Shown here: in pieces, positions 8,869 through 17,535 of the stretch | Layout: each line of letters starts with the position of its first letter | How positions within the stretch are numbered: the stretch's first letter is position 1 | Origin: Gammaproteobacteria bacterium | GTDB lineage: Bacteria > Pseudomonadota > Gammaproteobacteria > UBA4575 | Assembly: GCA_965243395.1 (NCBI GenBank) | Contig: CBDEUS010000001.1 | Coordinates: forward strand, 288,001-352,000 | Direction: 5' to 3' | Length of the DNA stretch: 64,000 bases | Position numbers and translations under genes: made by a program | Notes under the pieces: model-generated | Seen by the model: the letters and a program-made list of their open reading frames with translations, nothing else | What the model was told of the DNA's origin: nothing | Databases searched by the model: none

Positions 8869-8936
8869 ATCTAATCTCCTAAAAAAATGTTTAAAAGTTA
8901 AAGAACATCAACATTAATGTTCTTGCTTAGCTATAT

Positions 8937-8953
8937 TGCATACAGTGTGCCAA
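8937..8953 (-). promoter_or_regulatory. Sigma54 (-24/-12) promoter
   Basis: Minus strand TTGGCAC-ACTGT-ATGCA; adjacent to divergent bEBP gene. Confidence 0.85.
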
Positions 8954-8970
8954 CTTCTCTTTTTCAATAA

Positions 8971-8983
8971 ATTCAAGGAGTTG
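8971..8983. promoter_or_regulatory. Putative IHF site
   Basis: ATTCAAGGAGTTG, 1 mismatch to WATCAAN4TTR; lies between the sigma54 promoter and UAS. Confidence 0.5.
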
Positions 8984-8997
8984 CAGAAAATTACTGC

Positions 8998-9031
8998 TTA
9001 CGAAATATTGGGATTCCCAAAATATTGGGAA
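8998..9031. promoter_or_regulatory. Putative bEBP upstream activating sequences (tandem)
   Basis: TTACGAAATATTGGGA and TTCCCAAAATATTGGGAA, two adjacent related quasi-palindromes. Confidence 0.55.
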
Positions 9032-9142
9032 TGAAATTTTAAAAATTTGTATAATTTCGTTATCAACTCAAATATTTCCTCTCCTGGGAGATTCTTGAAT
9101 TGAATATAAGAATAATTAGTGATTTAAATGGAGATTTGCTCC

Positions 9143-10642
9143 ATGTCTCAAGCAAAATCTATCGATGTTTATGATGATGAATCTGAAAGATTCATACTTG
9201 AACATGATCTGATACTAGAATCAGCAGGCGAAGGTATTTATGGAATTGATGCACAAGGGCGTGGTCGATTTGTAAATAAATCTGCAAAAGATTTATTGGG
9301 GTGGGATGTTGAAGATTTTAGAAAAACAAATTCCCACGATGCGCACCACCATACTAAAGCTGATGGAACTCCCTATCCAAAGGAAGAGTGCCCAATTTAT
9401 GCTGCACTAAAAGATGGAAAAGTGCATCGATGCGATAATGAAGTCTTTTGGAGTAAAGATGGTAAAGCTGTTCCTGTTGAATACACGAGTACCCCAATAA
9501 TTAAGGAAAATGAAATTATTGGGGCAGTAGTTGTATTTAGAGATATTACGGAACGAAAAAAAATTGCAATTGAGTTAGAAAAAGCGTTTGAGGATATTCA
9601 AAAACTACATATAGCATTAAAAAAAGAGCGCGACTATTTAAGAGAAGAAGTCGAACATACCGTTAAATTTGGGGATATTATTGGCGAGAGTCCTGCTCTA
9701 AAACAAATGTTAGTGCAGATTGAAGCTGTTGCTTCCACGCCTGCTAATGTTTTAATTTACGGAGAGTCAGGTACCGGAAAAGAACTTACCGCACGTGCAA
9801 TACATAACCGTAGTGATCGCTCTAAGAGCCCCCTAATAAAAGTAAATTGTGCATCAATCCCTAAAGATTTATTTGAAAGCGAATTCTTTGGTCATGTTAG
9901 AGGATCGTTTACTGGCGCTCATCGAGATCGTGTTGGACGATTTGAACTCGCTCATGGTGGAACTTTGTTTTTAGATGAAATTGGTGAAATTCCGTTAGAA
10001 CTTCAAAGTAAATTACTTCGTGTCTTACAAGAGAACGAGTTTGAAAGAATTGGTGATGAAAAAACAAGAAAAGCTGATGCTAGAATTATTGCGGCAACTA
10101 ATCGTGACTTACAAAGTGAAGTCGAAAAAGGAAATTTCCGAGAAGACTTGTTTTACCGTTTAAGTGTATTTCCAATAGAGGTGCCTCCTCTGAGAAAACG
10201 ACGTGAAGATATAGTCCCTCTCGCTCTTCATTTTATGAGTAAACAGTGTACAGATATGGGCAAATGCGACTATAAGCTCACCCGTGAGCAAGGACGTTTG
10301 CTCGAGAATTATAGTTGGCCTGGGAATATTCGTGAACTTGAACATGTTATTGCAAGGGCGGCAATTTTATCAAAAGGCAAAAAACTACTATTAGACCCTA
10401 ATTTGTTCAGTCCCAAAGAATCAAAAGTTCATGAAGAAACAATTTCGTCGAAAAAACTTAAAAAGTCAAAGTTTTTGACAGCAGATGAATTTAAGCAAAA
10501 AGAGAAAGAAAATATTATTGCAGCATTAACTGAAAGCAATTGGCGAGTCGCCGGTAAAGCTGGTGCAGCTGAGCTGTTAGGATTGAAGCCAACTACCTTG
10601 GCACATCAGATGAAAAAGCTAAATATTCAAAAACCAGCTTGA
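9143..10642 (+). CDS. PAS-AAA+-HTH sigma54 enhancer-binding protein
   Basis: PAS; GESGTGKE, ESEFFGH, GSFTGA, FLDEIGE, FREDLFYRL, WPGNIREL; Fis HTH; GGAG RBS before ATG 9143. Confidence 0.95.
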   Translation: MSQAKSIDVYDDESERFILEHDLILESAGEGIYGIDAQGRGRFVNKSAKDLLGWDVEDFRKTNSHDAHHHTKADGTPYPKEECPIYAALKDGKVHRCDNEVFWSKDGKAVPVEYTSTPIIKENEIIGAVVVFRDITERKKIAIELEKAFEDIQKLHIALKKERDYLREEVEHTVKFGDIIGESPALKQMLVQIEAVASTPANVLIYGESGTGKELTARAIHNRSDRSKSPLIKVNCASIPKDLFESEFFGHVRGSFTGAHRDRVGRFELAHGGTLFLDEIGEIPLELQSKLLRVLQENEFERIGDEKTRKADARIIAATNRDLQSEVEKGNFREDLFYRLSVFPIEVPPLRKRREDIVPLALHFMSKQCTDMGKCDYKLTREQGRLLENYSWPGNIRELEHVIARAAILSKGKKLLLDPNLFSPKESKVHEETISSKKLKKSKFLTADEFKQKEKENIIAALTESNWRVAGKAGAAELLGLKPTTLAHQMKKLNIQKPA

Positions 10643-10723
10643 TAAAATTAAATGACCATAACGACTATCAAACTGCAAAGATATCAAGATTAAATTAACA
10701 AACTGGATTTATTTAAATCATAA

Positions 10724-11380
10724 ATGAATGAAAACCTAGGTAAAGTCATTTCAATTAATGTTGGGCTTCCAACAGAATTTGAATATAAAGGTCGCAAAGC
10801 CAAGAGCGCAATTTGGAAAAATCCGGTTAATGGTAAAGTTTTTGCTCGAGGTATCAATCTCGAAGGTGATGATCAAGCTGATCGGGAAGCTCATGGAGGA
10901 TATGATAAAGCAGTCTATGCTTATGCAAGTGAAGATTTAACATGGTGGGGAAATGAAATTGGACGTGATCTAAAACCTGGTGAGTTAGGGGAAAATTTAA
11001 CATTAAAAGGCATAGCCATTAATGATGCTCTGATTGGAGAACAATGGAAGGTTGGTGAAGTTACATTAGAAGTATCTGAACCGAGAATACCATGTTGGCG
11101 ATTGGGGGTCAGAATGAATGATAAAACCTTTCCGCGAAAATTTACAAAGGCATTAAGACCAGGCGCATACCTAAGAATAGTGCAGGAAGGTTCGCTCGAA
11201 AAAGGAAATTCAGTAGAGGTTATAGAAAAGCCTGATCATGCTTTGAGTATTCGCGATGTGTTTGAGATATATACTCAAACCCACGCAAATGCGAATAGAA
11301 TTCTTGAAGTAACTAAAATGTCAGATGCTTGGAAAAGTTGGGCAAATAAAACAGTACAAAAAAATAAGTTTGATTCCTAA
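10724..11380 (+). CDS. MOSC-domain protein (YiiM-like)
   Basis: GDDQAD..HGG..KAVY, GENLT, PRIPCWRL, RPGAYLRI. Confidence 0.9.
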   Translation: MNENLGKVISINVGLPTEFEYKGRKAKSAIWKNPVNGKVFARGINLEGDDQADREAHGGYDKAVYAYASEDLTWWGNEIGRDLKPGELGENLTLKGIAINDALIGEQWKVGEVTLEVSEPRIPCWRLGVRMNDKTFPRKFTKALRPGAYLRIVQEGSLEKGNSVEVIEKPDHALSIRDVFEIYTQTHANANRILEVTKMSDAWKSWANKTVQKNKFDS

Positions 11381-11407
11381 CTAATAATTTGTCAGCAATT
11401 TCTGCTC

Positions 11408-11559
11408 TTTCGCCGCGCATTTCCGTCGAAGTTGTCTTATTTAAAGTAGTAAACACTAATATATACGCGTCATCCAAGAACGTATCTTATTCGCGCCTGC
11501 ATGTGTTCACATCCCTGCGATCACAAAAAAATACGAATAAAATTACTAGGCGGCTGAAA
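11408..11559. repeat. Structured intergenic element with two CATCC-loop hairpins (REP/MITE-like)
   Basis: Terminal IR TTTCGCCGC/GCGGCTGAAA; hairpins around CATCCAAG (11471) and CATCCCTG (11510). Confidence 0.4.
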
Positions 11560-11649
11560 TACTATGCGCTAACGGTAGAGTGTCCTCTGGTATGGGGAAT
11601 TTGTTAGCGTGACAATGTTGGTATCTCAAAGAATGGAGGTTCTGACATT

Positions 11650-11973
11650 ATGAAGTACCTTTCAACTATTTTATTAATTCCATTTTTTTTATTCAGTTCT
11701 AATATCTTTGCTGAAGAAAAGCATGTTTGCACATATGGTGACGCTGTGAGAGTAATTAGCGTTGCGTATGAGGATGATCAAAATCAAGTTCCTTGTGAAG
11801 TGAATTATGACAAGGGAGAAGGTGTGCAAACTTTATGGACCGCAAAATCAGAAATTGGCTATTGCGAAAGCAAGGCGCTTGAACTCATTGAGAAACATGT
11901 GTCTTGGGGTTGGTCTTGTCAAGACAGCGCGCAAGCAGCGAATTCTGTAGATTTAGTTACTGAGTTATATTAA
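11650..11973 (+). CDS. Exported Cys-containing hypothetical protein
   Basis: GGAGG RBS, signal peptide, 4 Cys. Confidence 0.75.
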   Translation: MKYLSTILLIPFFLFSSNIFAEEKHVCTYGDAVRVISVAYEDDQNQVPCEVNYDKGEGVQTLWTAKSEIGYCESKALELIEKHVSWGWSCQDSAQAANSVDLVTELY

Positions 11974-12000
11974 ATAGTTTCAGTAAATAACTAAATAATA

Positions 12001-12032
12001 AAAAAAGCCCTGCCAAGAAGGCAGGGCTTTTT
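12001..12032. terminator. Bidirectional rho-independent terminator
   Basis: AAAAAGCCCTGCC-AAGAA-GGCAGGGCTTTTT between convergent genes. Confidence 0.9.
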
Positions 12033-12075
12033 AAAATTTATCCGTTAATACCTATTAGTTGACGTTAAAATTTAA

Positions 12076-12933
12076 TTAGCCATCAGCAGATTCTGATGGT
12101 TCATCCGAACGAGTAATGGTGGCATTCGCTTCCAATTCATCAACATATTTTTCAACAGATTGGCGCGTGAGATTTTGTTGTATGTTTTGTTTAACGTCTT
12201 CAAAATTTGGTTGATCTGTAGAGCGTTTATCTTCTAGTAATATCACATGCCAGCCGAAACGTGTGTTGACTGCGGTAGTGGAGTAAACACCTTTTTCCAT
12301 TTCTCTTACGGCTTTAGCAAAAGCGGGCACCATGGTTTCCGCTTTGAACCATCCCAGGTCACCACCATTAGGCGCGGATGGTCCTTGTGATTTGGCTTTT
12401 GCTAGTTCTTCAAAGTTTGCACCGGCTTTTAATTCTTCAATTACGGCATTGGCATCTTCTTCAGATTGCAAAAGAATATGTCTTGCCTTGTACTCATTAA
12501 AATCTGAAAGACTTAGCAAACGATCATATTCGGCTTTAAGTTCTTCTTCAGTAAAACTTAAATCTGCAAATTTTTCAGTCATTAAAGTGTTAATTAAAAT
12601 ATTACTTTCTTGACGTTTAATTTGTTCAATAATTTCTGGGCGATCTGCAATGCCAGCATTAACGGCTTCTTGGCGGAGCAATTCTGTTGCTATCAATTCA
12701 TCAGCGATTGCTTTATCAGTAAAATTTGCATCCGGTTGAGATGCGCGTTTTGCTTTAGCGTACGCCTGATATTCGTTATTCGTGATAACTTCATCATTAA
12801 TTTTTGCGAACTCGCCACTGTCATCAGCCGTCATAGTGTCAGAAGACTCTGAGGCTTCCTCTCCTTTACAGCCATAGATAAACCCAAAGCTAAATAGAAC
12901 CAGCAGCAAAGCTGCAATATATTGTTTAAGCAT
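12076..12933 (-). CDS. Parvulin-type peptidylprolyl isomerase, lipoprotein
   Basis: ARHIL, NGGDLGWF, FGWHVI; lipobox-like IYGC. Confidence 0.9.
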   Translation of the reverse strand: MLKQYIAALLLVLFSFGFIYGCKGEEASESSDTMTADDSGEFAKINDEVITNNEYQAYAKAKRASQPDANFTDKAIADELIATELLRQEAVNAGIADRPEIIEQIKRQESNILINTLMTEKFADLSFTEEELKAEYDRLLSLSDFNEYKARHILLQSEEDANAVIEELKAGANFEELAKAKSQGPSAPNGGDLGWFKAETMVPAFAKAVREMEKGVYSTTAVNTRFGWHVILLEDKRSTDQPNFEDVKQNIQQNLTRQSVEKYVDELEANATITRSDEPSESADG

Positions 12934-12977
12934 AAATGTTTCCTTAGAAGTTGAGAGGGTAAATAATTTAATGAATA

Positions 12978-13277
12978 TTAGGGTAGGACATGCTTAAAAG
13001 GTTTCACAATTACCTTTTCATATACGCCTGCGGCAATATAAGGGTCGTCATCTGCCCAGGCTTGTGCGCTTTCAAGTGAATCAAACTCTGCGACAATTAA
13101 GCTACCCGTAAACCCCGCATCACCAGGATCAGGGCTATCAATGGCTGGGTGAGGTCCGGCAATGATCAATCGGCCTTGGTCTTTGAGATCATTTAAGCGC
13201 GCAATATGTTGTTCACGAACTGATAGACGTTTTTCAAGACTATTTTCTACGTCTTGACTGATGAAAGCATATAACAT
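12978..13277 (-). CDS. yciI: YciI family protein
   Basis: [26 protein letters not shown]. Confidence 0.92.
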   Translation of the reverse strand: MLYAFISQDVENSLEKRLSVREQHIARLNDLKDQGRLIIAGPHPAIDSPDPGDAGFTGSLIVAEFDSLESAQAWADDDPYIAAGVYEKVIVKPFKHVLP

Positions 13278-13382
13278 GGTAAATTTGATTGATTATAGAG
13301 TTTGAGTATAACAATAATTTTCAGATTACAGTGTAAACGAGGCATATGTTGCCTCACGCATTATAATAGCAATTAGATTCTC

Positions 13383-14006
13383 ATGAGCCAGTATTTTGTA
13401 ATTCACCCCGTTACACCGCAGAAGCGTTTAATCCATGGCGCGGTCGAAATAATCGATCAAGGAGGATTGATTGTTTATCCAACCGATTCTTGTTATGCAT
13501 TAGGATGTCACATTGGTGATAAACAAGCTACGCAAAGAATTCGTAAAATCCGAAACGTAGATGATAAACACCACTTCACTTTAGTATGCCGTGATCTTTC
13601 CGAATTATCCAATTATGCTCTTGTTGACAACAGTGCTTATCGACTAATGAAAACTTGCACACCGGGGCCTTATACTTTTTTATTGAAGGCTACACATGAG
13701 GTGCCAAGAAGGTTACAAACACCTAAACGTAAAACGATTGGTTTAAGAGTGCCTGATCACCCCATTGCGTTGGCATTATGTGAAGAACTTGGACAGCCAT
13801 TAATGAGCAGCACGCTGATCTTGCCGGAGCAAGAAGAGCCGTTGTCAGATCCTCAAGAAATGCGCGAGGTGCTGGGTAATCAAGTCGATCTTATAATCGA
13901 TGGAGGTTATTGTGGGATTGAAGCGACAACGGTAATTGATTTAGTAGAAAAAAGTCCAACAATCTTGCGTCAAGGAAAGGGTGATGCAAGTTGGCTGGCA
14001 GAATAA
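13383..14006 (+). CDS. yciO: YciO (Sua5/YrdC/TsaC family)
   Basis: MSQYFVIHP, YPTDSCYALGC, PGPYTF, KRKTIGLRVP. Confidence 0.92.
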   Translation: MSQYFVIHPVTPQKRLIHGAVEIIDQGGLIVYPTDSCYALGCHIGDKQATQRIRKIRNVDDKHHFTLVCRDLSELSNYALVDNSAYRLMKTCTPGPYTFLLKATHEVPRRLQTPKRKTIGLRVPDHPIALALCEELGQPLMSSTLILPEQEEPLSDPQEMREVLGNQVDLIIDGGYCGIEATTVIDLVEKSPTILRQGKGDASWLAE

Positions 14007-14061
14007 TCTCTCTTTCGAGCATATTACTTCCATAATTCGCTGCGTATAATAGACGCGATTA

Positions 14062-14757
14062 ATGAGCACCATTCAAGCAATTACTATTTGGGCAATACCT
14101 GTTCTTTTTGCAATCACCCTGCATGAGGTTGCCCATGGTTGGGCTGCGAAGCAATTCGGTGATTTCACTGCACAGTCACTTGGTCGTTTGAGTTTAAATC
14201 CTATTAAACATATTGATCCAATTGGTACGATAGCAATCCCTGCAATTTTAATCGCAACTACAGGTTTTGCATTTGGATGGGCAAAGCCTGTGCCAGTTAA
14301 CTTTAGTCTGTTGAATAATCCAAAGAAAGATATGGTATGGGTGGCAGCCGCCGGACCATTTGCTAATTTGATGATGACTGCTTTCTGGGCAGTAATCTTA
14401 ATTACTTTTTTAAGTGCTGCGAACAATAATAATCAATATGCCATATTTTTTGTTTACATGAGTATGGCTGGTATTTTTATAAATTTAATATTAATGGTTT
14501 TAAATTTATTACCTGTTCCACCCTTGGATGGTGGTCGAGTCTTAGCAGGACTTGTGCCAGATAAATTTTCAAATATGCTCGCAAAAATAGAGCCATATGG
14601 TTTATTTATTATGTTTGGTCTATTGTTTGCGGGTTTGCTAAACGCACTCGTATTTACACCTTCTATATTGATTTTATTCTATATTATGTCTGTATTAGGT
14701 ATACAACCTGCAGAATTTATTCCACATCTTGAAATGATTTTAGGTTCTAAAAATTAA
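14062..14757 (+). CDS. Site-2 protease (M50) family
   Basis: HEVAH, AAAGP, NLLPVPPLDG. Confidence 0.92.
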   Translation: MSTIQAITIWAIPVLFAITLHEVAHGWAAKQFGDFTAQSLGRLSLNPIKHIDPIGTIAIPAILIATTGFAFGWAKPVPVNFSLLNNPKKDMVWVAAAGPFANLMMTAFWAVILITFLSAANNNNQYAIFFVYMSMAGIFINLILMVLNLLPVPPLDGGRVLAGLVPDKFSNMLAKIEPYGLFIMFGLLFAGLLNALVFTPSILILFYIMSVLGIQPAEFIPHLEMILGSKN

Positions 14758-14761
14758 ATAA

Positions 14762-15973
14762 ATGAGTACAAATCCTTCGCAGAATAATCGTGTGCTATCA
14801 GGTATGCGTCCTACGGGTAAATTACATCTTGGTCATTTGCATGGTGTGTTGCATAACTGGTTAGAGCTGCAACATACACATGAATGTTTTTTCTTCGTTG
14901 CTGATTGGCATGCACTAACAACGGAGTATGACAATACACAAATTATTTCAAATAGTGTTACAGAAATGGTGATTGACTGGCTATCTGCAGGCGTTAGCCC
15001 TAGTGCGGCAACGTTGTTTATTCAATCTCATGTTCCAGAGCATGCGGAATTGCATTTATTACTTTCTATGATCACGCCTTTAGGTTGGTTAGAACGTGTA
15101 CCGACATATAAAGATCAACAAGAGAAATTAAAAGAAAAAGATTTAGCAACTTATGGCTTTTTGGGCTATCCACTTTTACAAAGCGCAGATATTTTGGCTT
15201 ATAAGGCAGGTAATGTACCAGTGGGTGAAGATCAGGTTGCGCATGTTGAACTCACGCGTGAAGTGGCGCGTCGTTTTAATTTTATTTATGGCAAAGAACC
15301 CGATTTTGAAGAAAAAGCAAAACTCGCAATCAGTAAAATGGGCAAGAAAAACGCCAAGCTTTATCGGGAGCACCGCAAACGATTTCAAGAGCAGGGTGAT
15401 CCTGAAGCGCTAGAAGTGGCCCAAGCACTATTAGAATCTCAGCAAAATATTTCGATAGGTGATAAAGAACGACTATTTGGATATTTAGAAGGCGAGGGAA
15501 AAATAATTTTACCTGAACCACAAGCGCTGTTAACCAAAGCATCCAAAATGCCTGGTTTAGACGGTCAAAAGATGTCCAAGTCTTATAACAACACCATCTC
15601 GTTACGTGAAGAGGGCAAATCACTCGAGAAAAAAATACGTACCATGCCAACCGACCCTGCGCGTGTGAAGCGAACTGATCCGGGTGATCCTAAAAAATGT
15701 CCAGTATGGCAATTTCATGAGATCTATTCTTCAGAAGATACTCGAAGTTGGGTACAGCAGGGATGTACATCAGCAGGTATTGGATGCATTGAATGTAAAC
15801 AACCCATAATTGATGCCGTTGAGCAAGAGATTCAACCGATACGCGAGCGTGCAATGGAGTATGTTGAAGATGAGTCGACGGTGCAAAGCATTATCAAAGA
15901 AGGTTGTGAAGAGGCAAGAGATGTAGCGCGCGACACGTTAGAAGACGTGAGGGAGGCAGTTGGGTTATCATAG
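14762..15973 (+). CDS. trpS: Tryptophan--tRNA ligase
   Basis: SGMRPTG, HLGH, VPVGEDQ, KMSKS. Confidence 0.97.
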   Translation: MSTNPSQNNRVLSGMRPTGKLHLGHLHGVLHNWLELQHTHECFFFVADWHALTTEYDNTQIISNSVTEMVIDWLSAGVSPSAATLFIQSHVPEHAELHLLLSMITPLGWLERVPTYKDQQEKLKEKDLATYGFLGYPLLQSADILAYKAGNVPVGEDQVAHVELTREVARRFNFIYGKEPDFEEKAKLAISKMGKKNAKLYREHRKRFQEQGDPEALEVAQALLESQQNISIGDKERLFGYLEGEGKIILPEPQALLTKASKMPGLDGQKMSKSYNNTISLREEGKSLEKKIRTMPTDPARVKRTDPGDPKKCPVWQFHEIYSSEDTRSWVQQGCTSAGIGCIECKQPIIDAVEQEIQPIRERAMEYVEDESTVQSIIKEGCEEARDVARDTLEDVREAVGLS

Positions 15974-15989
15974 TCACAGAGGAGAACAA

Positions 15990-16826
15990 GTGGCTGATAC
16001 AGAATCCAATTCGCAGGATAATCTTCAAGGTGAATTACCTTTTGCTGTCGTAAAAGGTGAGCCAATGACGGTCCCGCCTGAGGACCTATATATTCCACCA
16101 GATGCTTTAGAAATTTTTCTTGATGCTTTTGAAGGTCCGCTCGATTTACTTCTTTATTTAATTAAACGTCAAAACTTAGATATTTTAACGTTACCCGTAT
16201 TTCAAATTACTCAGCAATATATGAATTACATTGAGCTGATGAAAGAAATGCGACTTGAGCTTGCAGCTGAGTATTTGGTTATGGCGGCTATGCTGGCTGA
16301 AATTAAATCTCGTTTATTGCTACCACGACCCGTTGAAGATGATGAAGAGGATGATCCTCGCGCAGAATTAATCCGTCGTTTGCAAGAATATGAGCGATTC
16401 AAAAAAGTTGCAGAGGAAATTAATGAAATTCCGCGCATGTACCGAGATATTTTTGGTGTTTCGGTTATTCAGTCGGACTATGAATATGAACGTCCCCAAC
16501 CGACTGTAGATATTAAAGATGTGATTGCTGCCTTTCAGGAAGTCATGCAGCGCGCACAAATGTTTGCCAGTCACCATATCGAACGGGAACCACTTTCCGT
16601 GCGTGAAAGAATGTCGATGGTGCTTACGATGCTAAATGTTGAAGACTTTGTAGAATTTAATCGGTTTTTTAAACCTGAAGAAGGACGAAGCGGTGTCATA
16701 GTCACATTTTTAGCATTGCTGGAATTAATAAAAGAACACGTAATTGAACTGGTTCAGTCTGAACCTTTTGCGCCCATCTATGTGAAACCGGCTGTGAAAG
16801 GCCCAGTAGAGGACGAGGTACTCTAA
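15990..16826 (+). CDS. scpA: Segregation and condensation protein A
   Basis: FEGPLDLLLYLI, AAEYLVMAA, TFLALLEL; GGAG RBS before GTG 15990. Confidence 0.95.
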   Translation: MADTESNSQDNLQGELPFAVVKGEPMTVPPEDLYIPPDALEIFLDAFEGPLDLLLYLIKRQNLDILTLPVFQITQQYMNYIELMKEMRLELAAEYLVMAAMLAEIKSRLLLPRPVEDDEEDDPRAELIRRLQEYERFKKVAEEINEIPRMYRDIFGVSVIQSDYEYERPQPTVDIKDVIAAFQEVMQRAQMFASHHIEREPLSVRERMSMVLTMLNVEDFVEFNRFFKPEEGRSGVIVTFLALLELIKEHVIELVQSEPFAPIYVKPAVKGPVEDEVL

Positions 16827-16831
16827 TTATT

Positions 16832-17482
16832 ATGAAAGATGATCAACTTAAACAGATAATTGAAGCAGCTTTAATGGCTGCCGATACCGCACTGAATATC
16901 GATCGTTTGTTGCAATTATTTGAGCACGATGAAGATAAACCAACACGTGATCAAGTTAAAAATGTCTTGAAAGTATTACAAGAAGAATGTGAAGGTCGTG
17001 GCGTTGAGTTAAAAAGAATTGCCAGTGGCTATCGTTATCAAACGCGTGTCGATGTGCAACCTTGGGTAGCACGATTATGGCAAGAAAAACCACCACGCTA
17101 TACGCGTGCATTATTGGAAACATTGTCTTTAATAGTATATCGCCAACCGATTACTCGCGGTGAAATTGAAGAGGTTCGTGGCGTGAGTGTTAGTAGCAGT
17201 ATTATCAAAACACTTTTAGAAAGAGAGTGGATAAAAGTTATTGGGCATAAAGAAGTACCGGGTCGTCCTGCACTTTATGCAAGCACAAAAAAATTCCTCG
17301 ATTACTTTAATTTAAAAACCCTTAATGAATTACCCACGCTTGCCGATCTTACCGATTTAGATCAAGAACACCCAGAACTTGATCTTGGTGCGCCGGTAGA
17401 GGAAGACGCACAAGCACAGTTAGGGGTTGTTACAGATGCAGGGGATATTGTTGACGTAGAACCGAACCAGACAAGACACTAA
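16832..17482 (+). CDS. scpB: Segregation and condensation protein B
   Basis: IEAAL, ETLSLIVYRQPITRGEIEEVRGV, GRPALY. Confidence 0.95.
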   Translation: MKDDQLKQIIEAALMAADTALNIDRLLQLFEHDEDKPTRDQVKNVLKVLQEECEGRGVELKRIASGYRYQTRVDVQPWVARLWQEKPPRYTRALLETLSLIVYRQPITRGEIEEVRGVSVSSSIIKTLLEREWIKVIGHKEVPGRPALYASTKKFLDYFNLKTLNELPTLADLTDLDQEHPELDLGAPVEEDAQAQLGVVTDAGDIVDVEPNQTRH

Positions 17483-17492
17483 GATTAAATAT

Positions 17493-17528
17493 TTGACTGC
17501 TAATAGCTTTAGAGCTACTAGCAGTCAT
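17493..17528. terminator. Hairpin between convergent scpB and TBDR; outer arms match the cassette repeat
   Basis: TGACTGCTAATAGCT-TTAG-AGCTACTAGCAGTCA. Confidence 0.65.
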
Positions 17529-17535
17529 TCAACTA

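Noticed and set aside
10652-11420. Very degenerate repeat-like half sites flanking the MOSC gene (ATGACCATA at 10652, TTGTCAGCA at 11389)
   Set aside because: Positions are suggestive but each has 3 mismatches and no matching right arm; not distinguishable from chance by eye
11566-11610. CGCTAAC...GTTAGCG as an attC site
   Set aside because: Only about 43 bp, no L boxes or extrahelical bases, isolated
15280-15510. Long insertion in TrpRS as an intein or novel domain
   Set aside because: No intein termini; similar insertions are common in beta/gammaproteobacterial TrpRS of this locus
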